This document shows, piece after piece, positions 41,001 to 49,800 of a stretch of DNA of 64,000 nt. Origin of the DNA: Phoronis australis (lineage: Eukaryota; Animalia; Phoronida); the NCBI GenBank assembly GCA_002633005.1, contig NMRA01000353.1, positions 195,625 through 259,624 of the forward strand, given 5' to 3'. Position 1 is the first letter of the stretch, and every line of letters begins with the position of its first letter. Both the position numbers and the translations under genes were made by a program. Below the pieces are notes generated by a model. The model made no database searches and was not told the origin of the DNA. It was given only the letters and a program-made list of their open reading frames with translations.

Positions 41001-43850
41001 TGGTGTAGAGATCGCACAGCATCACTAATAGTGGTATCAACATAACCATCAACATCAATAGCCATATTTGAGGCACAGAAGATGGTGAATGTGTTCACTA
41101 TCAGGAAATACTATCAATTCAGTATCAGTGCCGAGGGCACCAATAGCGCCTTATCTGTTTCTTTTTGTGGTCAAGAGAACGGGTCTTTTCTGTTTGGAAT
41201 TTGAGGCCAATATCGAAACAAAGAGAATTATAGCACAATACTAATCTTCTCGGTGCTTATAAGCCCTACCAATGTCAATGTTTGTGACAATACCTAGCGT
41301 CCTTATCAACTTCGTGTACACTTTTTGAGACGTTTGTATCACGAGGATATTCCGAATGTATTCACAAAATCACATTTACTGACATGCAAATGAGCCTATC
41401 AATAGATAGTGTATTAGTAGTGGTTCTGTTGATAACACTATCAGTGGAAACCATATCAGCAAGCTATGTTCAGCCACCACTAGTTTCAGATCACTAAAAC
41501 AGCTTGATAATAAGAAATGTGTTCACACTAGTCAGAATTCTAAACTCAGAAGGATTTCACCGTAAGTTATGGTCACCTACAGGGATCATCAAACTGGATT
41601 TCAAAATCCAGGTCCCTATAAGTGACTATTGCCGAACATAGTTAAATAAGTGGACTGATTTTAAGTCCAAGTGCACCAAAACCTAAAGTGTGACTTTCCC
41701 TGTTAACCAAGCAGTGTTCTTTAATAGTGAACAGACAAAACAAACACAGAGCTAAAGGTCAGTTTGGATTGACATGGACCTCTACGCCATTTAAGTGGTC
41801 TTTGACCCTAAGTACTTGTGTTTATTGGTAAAGTAACCAAACAGAGATGAACTGGGGTCCTATTCACCAATCCTTAACCACAACTTAGCATCTTTAGTAT
41901 CTAGTTAGATCCTATTTACACCTTAAACAGTCACTACTCACATCAAATCAGCCAGACAGCCATGACCTAGACATACAAAACAAACAGTGTTTGTAACAAG
42001 GCCTCTGATTGGCTGCAGTACTTGCAATTGCCTTAACAATGACTGTCAAGTGTTTTTGCACTTAGGCATCCAAGTTGAAAACAGCCCTTTTGTGTACGTT
42101 CCAAGGCATGCCTGGCTATTTTCAACAAGTGTGCAAACTATCTCCAATATACATTGTGTAAATTGTTTATATTACAGACCAGGACTTAGGGAAAATACCA
42201 GACCATTACAGCAATATGCTTAGGGATTACATTTTCAACTTGATTAACTTCAGGACTAGGATATTCCATGACACTGTATGTGCTTCTGAACCTAAGTTGG
42301 GACCACAACCTGTCTGAGTCTACAGTAATAAGATCTGGTGCTTGTTCACTACACAAAAAAATTGCGAAAAATTAAGATCGTCAGGAAGTTTTTGTAAAAT
42401 ATCGCCATACATCACACCAGTGAAATTCTTGCCTCTACCGAACACAGGCTTGGCTACTAGTCAGCACCATAATTACGATTAACAAGTATTCTGTCTTGTG
42501 AGAATTGTTTAAAACAAATTTACTTGAACATTAATAACCAAACTGGTGTTGTCTTTTATTTTAAATTTCTGTTTTTTACATGGGTGCAGCCCGAAAATTA
42601 GGATACCCACCCCTACAGAGAAAAGGTCACTCTTTTATAGGGTATTGTTCCACGGACAGCACCGCTTTGCAGGGGTTAATTCCCTAAACATAACCCTTCA
42701 TACTCATACGGATTCTTAGACAGATAAAATTTTCATTAACCCGAAACTATACAAGAGATGCCACGTAGTCAAAATTGATTCACCATTTGCAAGAAGGTCG
42801 AAACCTTCTTTTGTGTGTGGTTGAAATAAAGGAAACTTTTGTAAAATTTCAAAATCACTAAGTCATTCTTTTGTAGGTAATTTTGTCTCAAAAGGCACCA
42901 TCAAAGGAAATGAATCAAAAAAGGCATCCCTTCGTAAGAACCTCCAAGTGAAAAAGTTACCTTTTGAGCAGCACGCAGATTGCATCGTGTACCTATTTTA
43001 TGAGTTAGTAGACTACTTACATGAGTAAGTACACCCTCGCACCACGCTATGGATAGAAGTTAGCCAAGCCAATAGTTAGTTCTAATAATTAATATTTTAG
43101 ACCTACTCGTAACGCTTTCATTCAAATTTCAGTTCCTATATCACTTAAAGTATTCCGAACCAAACTTTCCATATCGGCCATGACTTTGCCCACGAACATA
43201 TGAATGCATCGATGCCAACCGTAATGATACAGATGTAGTAGAACGCTTACATCTGACAAGAGTCCACCCACCTAAATAGAGTAGCTTTACGGCCTTCCTT
43301 GAATGGATTTTTGTTATTTTAGATGTTTTAAGAAAACCAAGTAGTCCCAACAGTACTTTAGCAACATAAGAAAACACGATTTGATCACTCAAACAATACC
43401 TTGTTCACACTGAAGCGGTTAAGGTTATAATCCTCGGTCCGAAAACTTTAAAACCATTATAACAAAAAAAATTCTCAATGCGAACTCGGTACTTGCAAAA
43501 GTTGTTACTCAATAAGTGGCATTGCTGGAAACAGTGGTGCACCGAGGCACGAACAGGGGTGAATGAGATGTAGACAACTTAAGTGATAAATGCAGGCAAA
43601 TCGAGAACACAGAACAAAATGCAAAAAAAATAGTTTTACTAAATAGGGGTCTGAATAGAACATGATAAAGATTCTCACAGTGATGTAGATGAATCTAAGT
43701 CATTTCTCACAGTGATGTAGATGAATCTAAGTCATTAAGCCTGAATATTCGTTTCATTTGACAATATTAATGGCATTGGTGACATACTCAAAACAAATCT
43801 TAGGCTTTCGCATAGACAAACATGTGCTAGTTTACAAACACACATGCACG

Positions 43851-43896
<46 letters not shown>

Positions 43897-46800
43897 GAGG
43901 TTCACTCACTATCAACTATTACTGACCAACTTCAGCTGAGTTGTTGGATATGATGACATCTCAGCTCAGTAACCAAGGTCTGATTCCTTAGGCAATCAAC
44001 TGGATTGAGTTGGCAGGTAGATTAATTAATGTTTACTACCAGCATAAATAATAAACGAAACTTACTGTTCTCAAAATGTCTGTCCTGCACCAAATGTTGG
44101 TAGACTGTGTCGGGCACCTCTGAGCTGCGGTAGTACCACTTGACTTGGCTGAACAGCGTATCTCGCTTGCTCTGCAAACAGTCAACCAATCAGTTGACAT
44201 CATCTATATTGATAACATACACCAGCACATGATAACTTCATCATTCATCATAATTAAAATTCAATCAGCTGAGACCCCGGTAAGAGCTACCATGGAAATG
44301 TTGGTTAAAAGTTAATGACATTTTTCACCTAAATGAAAACTGAAATTTGGACAACACATTTGGAAACCAATCCAAAAAAAGTTAAATCACTTTAAGATTA
44401 TGCAGGACCCTAGACACAGGCCAAGCCTGGTTAATTTCAGAACATCATATCTTAGAAATGTGCTTCATTCAAACCTTTCAGATATCACGCTTTACTCTTT
44501 ACTCTCCGAAACGTTGTGAGAAATTGTTTTTAAAATGTTCCACATTTGCATAAAGGGCTATCAAAATATAACACTTAAGATTTTTGTGAAAAAACTCAAG
44601 CTGCTTATGAAACTGATATTTTAGAAAACTGCAATAGCCTTTTAAAGATCCCATCTTGAACATTTGCATCAAATAAAATTTGATCTTGTTATTGATACTG
44701 TTGTTTTGCTATCAACATGCCTTTCTTTTTAATTAATAAGACATGGTCACATGACCTAATCAATGGCACATTGGTAAAAAAGTCAACAACAGCAACGCAG
44801 AGTGTTGAAATGCACCCACGAATGCACCGCAAACGAAGTGCTTCTAGGGTTGTTTATTTATTTCATAAAGATAGCCACCAGATGGCCAAAAAACGTCCAA
44901 TCCATCTGAAAATGGGAACATGTCATCGCTTCTTTAATAGAAAGCTATTTACCAAATTTCATAAAAACCTCTCAAGGAACTTCACAGAAACAAAGGAAAA
45001 CAGAAAAAATGAAATTGCCACAATGGGGCACAGCGTTCATTGGATCTGCCTGAAAGACATTGTCATCTGTTGTTAGCTTCATATAAATACAATTATTAAA
45101 TTTAATAAAGATCCTGCAAAAAAAGATCCTGCAGTGAATTTAGGAGATGCAGCTATGGGTGCAAAACAAAACGAAACTACCACTAGGAGGTGCCACAGTA
45201 GTCGAATTCATTATTGTCAACCGTTCTCTTGATACTGAGAACATATACGCCAATTTTCGAAATCATCCTCAGAATGGTTTGGTTGATCGAGGGGTGGACA
45301 TCAAAAAAACAAGACTCGAAAACAGGAAAAATGGCCACAAGGTGGCGCAAAGTACCTCGATTCCATCCGAAAACGGGAGGATAGCATCATCTCACTAATA
45401 GGTGCCTATATTCCAAATTTTATGAAAATACATTGAGGACCTTTGAAAATACAGAGGTAAACATAAAAAAAATAAATTGCCACTAGGATGCACACCGGTA
45501 GTCATATCCATCCGAAGGTCGTCGTCATCCATAGTCAACATCATATAAACACACTTGCAGAATTTAGTAAAGATCCTGCCAATGGTTTAGGAGATACAGC
45601 CATGGGCACAAAGAGACAAAACTGCCACTAGGAGGTACCACAGTAGTCGAAATTGTCGGAAAATCATTGTCAGCCGTCTTCTTAATACCAACAACAACAT
45701 AAATGCCAATTTCCAAAATTATCCTTTGAGCGGTTTGGTCGATAGAAGGGTGGATGCCAAAAAAAACTGATTCGAAAACAGCAAAAATGGCCACTAGGTG
45801 GCGCAAACTACGTCAAATGCATACGAAAACAGTTGGATAGCGTCATCTCACTGATAGATGCCTATATGCTGAATTTTATGAAAATACCTTGAGGACCTTT
45901 GAAGATATAAAGGCAAGCGTAAAAAATTAAAATTGCCAATAGGGGGCACACCGGTAGTCGAATCCGTCCAAAAGTTCGCTCATGCCGTCCAGGCCTTTAT
46001 GCAGCGTAAGTCCTGGGTACTAATCTGGACGCCCTGGCAAGGACGCTCAATGTATCATTTGGATGCCCACTGTCAATAGGAACCTTTCAATTTAGGACTC
46101 ACACATTGAATACTAGGAAGCCTCTGAAGGCTCACAGTGGGGGGGGGCTCTTTTTTCAAAGCAGGAAGAAATATAGCATTATTGCTATTTTGACACTTGA
46201 TTGACAGCACTGTAAAAGTCTTGGTCTACACACTTTTTTTAGTAAANGCTGGGGGTGGGGGGTTACACGTCAGAACCATGGACGCTCTAGAATATTGGGA
46301 ACCCCATTTTGGACACCCTATTTTCAAAATCCTTGATAAAGGCCTGATGCCGTCCCATCCATGATAGGAACATATGTGCAAAATTTCATGAATGTACGTC
46401 AAAGAGTTTTGGAGATACAGCAGCTGATGCTGGACGGACGGAAGCCAGACTGACGGATGGACGGAGATGACAGCATAATGCGGCCACATATAAATATGTG
46501 GGCGAATAAAAATCAATTTCAATAGGCTTTCTACATTCAGAAAATGTATAACTTTACTGAGTTGAAATTAATAGGTTTGCACGTATTTAGGTAAATGCAC
46601 ATCCTTGCATGAACCGTTCTAGTGATGCCCTACATCCTTGTGTCAAACTTCATCAAAATCCAACCTGAGGTTTTGAGATATTGAGTGGACACCCAGACAC
46701 ACGGATGCCAGGACAAAGTGGCGACAATATGTGACCACACCCAGACACACGGATGCCCGGACAAAGTGGCGACAATATGTGACCACATGCATGTATTTGT

Positions 46801-49800
46801 GGCTGCATAAAAAGGGTTTTATCAAAATCAACCAAGTGGTTATTTTACTATGAATGTACATTCCCTAAAAATGAAATTTTGACTTTGAAAAAGTGGTAAT
46901 GTAATAATAATAATAATAATAATGGCACATCAACACAAAACATATTTTTATAATCTCTGATATTTTTGTTTCAGAAAATGTATACTTTTAATAGTTGACA
47001 TAGCCCGCTTTTTGATATATGAGTTAGAATGTAAGTCACTTAACATGGCGCGAGACAACGTTAACAGGTTAAGAGTGACTTACTTTGTAGTGGTACATTT
47101 GGGTATTACAACCAAGATCACTGTGTGCAGGGTGATTTACTTTGTAGTGGTACATTTGGGTATTACAACGAAGATCACTGTGTGCAGGGTGATTTACTTT
47201 GGGTATCAACTGTGAAGCTGACGGTGTAAGAATGACTACCTTTCATTAAATTCAGGATGTCATGGAAATGAGCTGACACAGATCATCTCGCACCATGTCA
47301 ACTTCTTGGGTATCACAAGTCATCTTGTAAACACCATAAAAGGACAAAGGATCTCAGGAGGATACGACGATTCTTCACTTATTTCACACAAAAATATTAG
47401 CCAAAATTGTCATTCAATGCAAGTAGAAACTTTACTAAATGTTGTTTTATGACATCTGGACTCTACAAAGGTAACAACAGACTGAAGTGTACTCGTTCTT
47501 TGTTTTGGTTAAAAAACGTCACACAATAAAATGTTACTTGTCTACTACCATTGAGTGTAATTCACTCTACCTCTCGAACCTGTGTCAAAAAGGCCACTGC
47601 GGTGTCAACTTGCTCATTGTCAGTCATGTTTAAACACACTTGCACCAGATCAGCTATTATGTGTTAGTTGCTCTGTGACAACTTAACATGGGGCTTCAGT
47701 GTTAGGGGATCATCAGTTAGTTGGAATGCCATAATTCGGACTTGCAGTAGACAGGTGGATTTAACTGTGATGCATACACACATAGCTACGGAGGGAACGC
47801 TAAACTTCAGTGTCTATCAAAGTTTTATCAGCAGGGGTCACTCAGTGACAATAGTGAAGGTCAATACTGCGCCACTTTGTGATCACTTCGAGGACTATAG
47901 AGTAGCAATAACTTGGATGCCTATTCAGATGTTTACTAACTACCAAAGCAAATGGGAACATTCAGCTTAACTTCACAGTTTACCTTGAAGTTGGGCTAGT
48001 ATCACCTGGAAAAGGAGTTTTATGCAGACATGGAACTTGCACTTAATCTAATCTAATGATCATTTAGGATAGAACTGCTGTAACTTACCAGCCTGAATCC
48101 ATGAATGCTGCAGATACAGTAGGGCATGTCAGGTCTGTTAGTCTCCACAAAGGCAGTATCTGTAAACAAGTATTAGTTCATTAACATAAAGCCCTAGTGC
48201 AGTACAATCTTTGAAAACCATTGGTTCATGTTTTGTGGTGGAATTTTGTGTTTTGTTTTTTAACAAGATAAATTAACATTCTAAATTACACACAGAAGCA
48301 CAACAGGCCAAATGGAGTATAATGATTGCTTTAAGAAAAGGTGGATTCATTTGAGTTTGAAGTTTCCAACCCTGGTCTGATCTATTTACCACTGCTTAGG
48401 AGTTTAAAAGGGAAAGCAACTATATTTGTCTTTGTTTATCGTTACGTTAATGAACTCATGGCAGAGAATGAACATAGTTTTGCATGGGACGCAACATGGA
48501 TCAACCTAATTTCTGGTAAAAATGACCCCTTTGTGGACAGTAACCATCTCAGACTAAAACGAGAGTGGTTTAGCTACTGAAAAACAGCTAGGATTTTTGC
48601 AACTCATATGAGCCTAGCATAAAACTGAAAATAACACAAAACCCAACTTAATAATAACAATAAAATAAAAATAAAAATAAAAAGTAAAAAATAATAATAA
48701 TAATCGTAATAATAAGGCAATGGGATATTCATACTCATTTTACGCGACATAACATTTTTCTGAAGGTTAATGACAAACCTGCATATTAAGTCAACTATTT
48801 ACAAAAATATCTACTTGTACTACATAAAAATTCAGTGAAATTACACATTTTAAAACTGAAAAGAGTTTTGCTTTTGACTTTTTATCAATCTACAGTTAAT
48901 TGAGTCACGTGAATATGTCTTTGTAGTAAAATTCAGCAAATAAGAAAGGTAATTGATGGCAAAACAACAGCATTAAAACGGGACCAAATTTTATTTGTTG
49001 CAAATGTTGAAGATGAAATCTCAAAAATAATGTTACATTATAAAACAAAATCATAAAAGTCCTATTTTTGATAGCCCCTCATGCAAAAGGGGAAATTTCA
49101 ATAACAATTCCTAACACCATTTGAGAACAATGCACAGAGCATACCCTTGTATCTACAAGTGTCATATGAATCCAATTACTCATTTCTGAACCAAATTTGG
49201 GGATTTTTATAGGGTCCAGCATAACCTTAAGTGATTTAATCAATGCAGCAGACATAGACAAATGACAGCCCAGGAATTTCTTGCTATCCTTCTACAAGCA
49301 ATCCTCAACAACTAAGCAGTTACCGTAATCGTTCGGGTTAACGCCCATGCTCAGTTAACCGCCCACCCCCTACTTTAGGTGAATTTCGATTTAACCGCCC
49401 ACTGCTCGGTTAACCGCCCCCCTGCTATTTTTGAAGATTTCCAATTAACCGCCCACTGCTCGGTTAACCGCCCATCCCCTACTTTTGACGATTGGTGATT
49501 ACCGCCCTGTGNGATTGCTTTAAGAAAAGGTGGATTCATTTGAGTTTGAAGTTTCCAACCCTGGTCTGATCTATTTACCACTGCTTAGGAGTTTAAAAGG
49601 GAAAGCAACTATATTTGTCTTTGTTTATCGTTACGTTAATGAACTCATGGCAGAGAATGAACCTAGTTTTGCATGGGACGCAACATGGATCAACCTAATT
49701 TCTGGTAAAAATGACCCCTTTGTGGACAGTAACCATCTCAGACTAAAACGAGAGTGGTTTAGCCACTGAAAAACAGCTAGGATTTTTGCAACTCATATGA

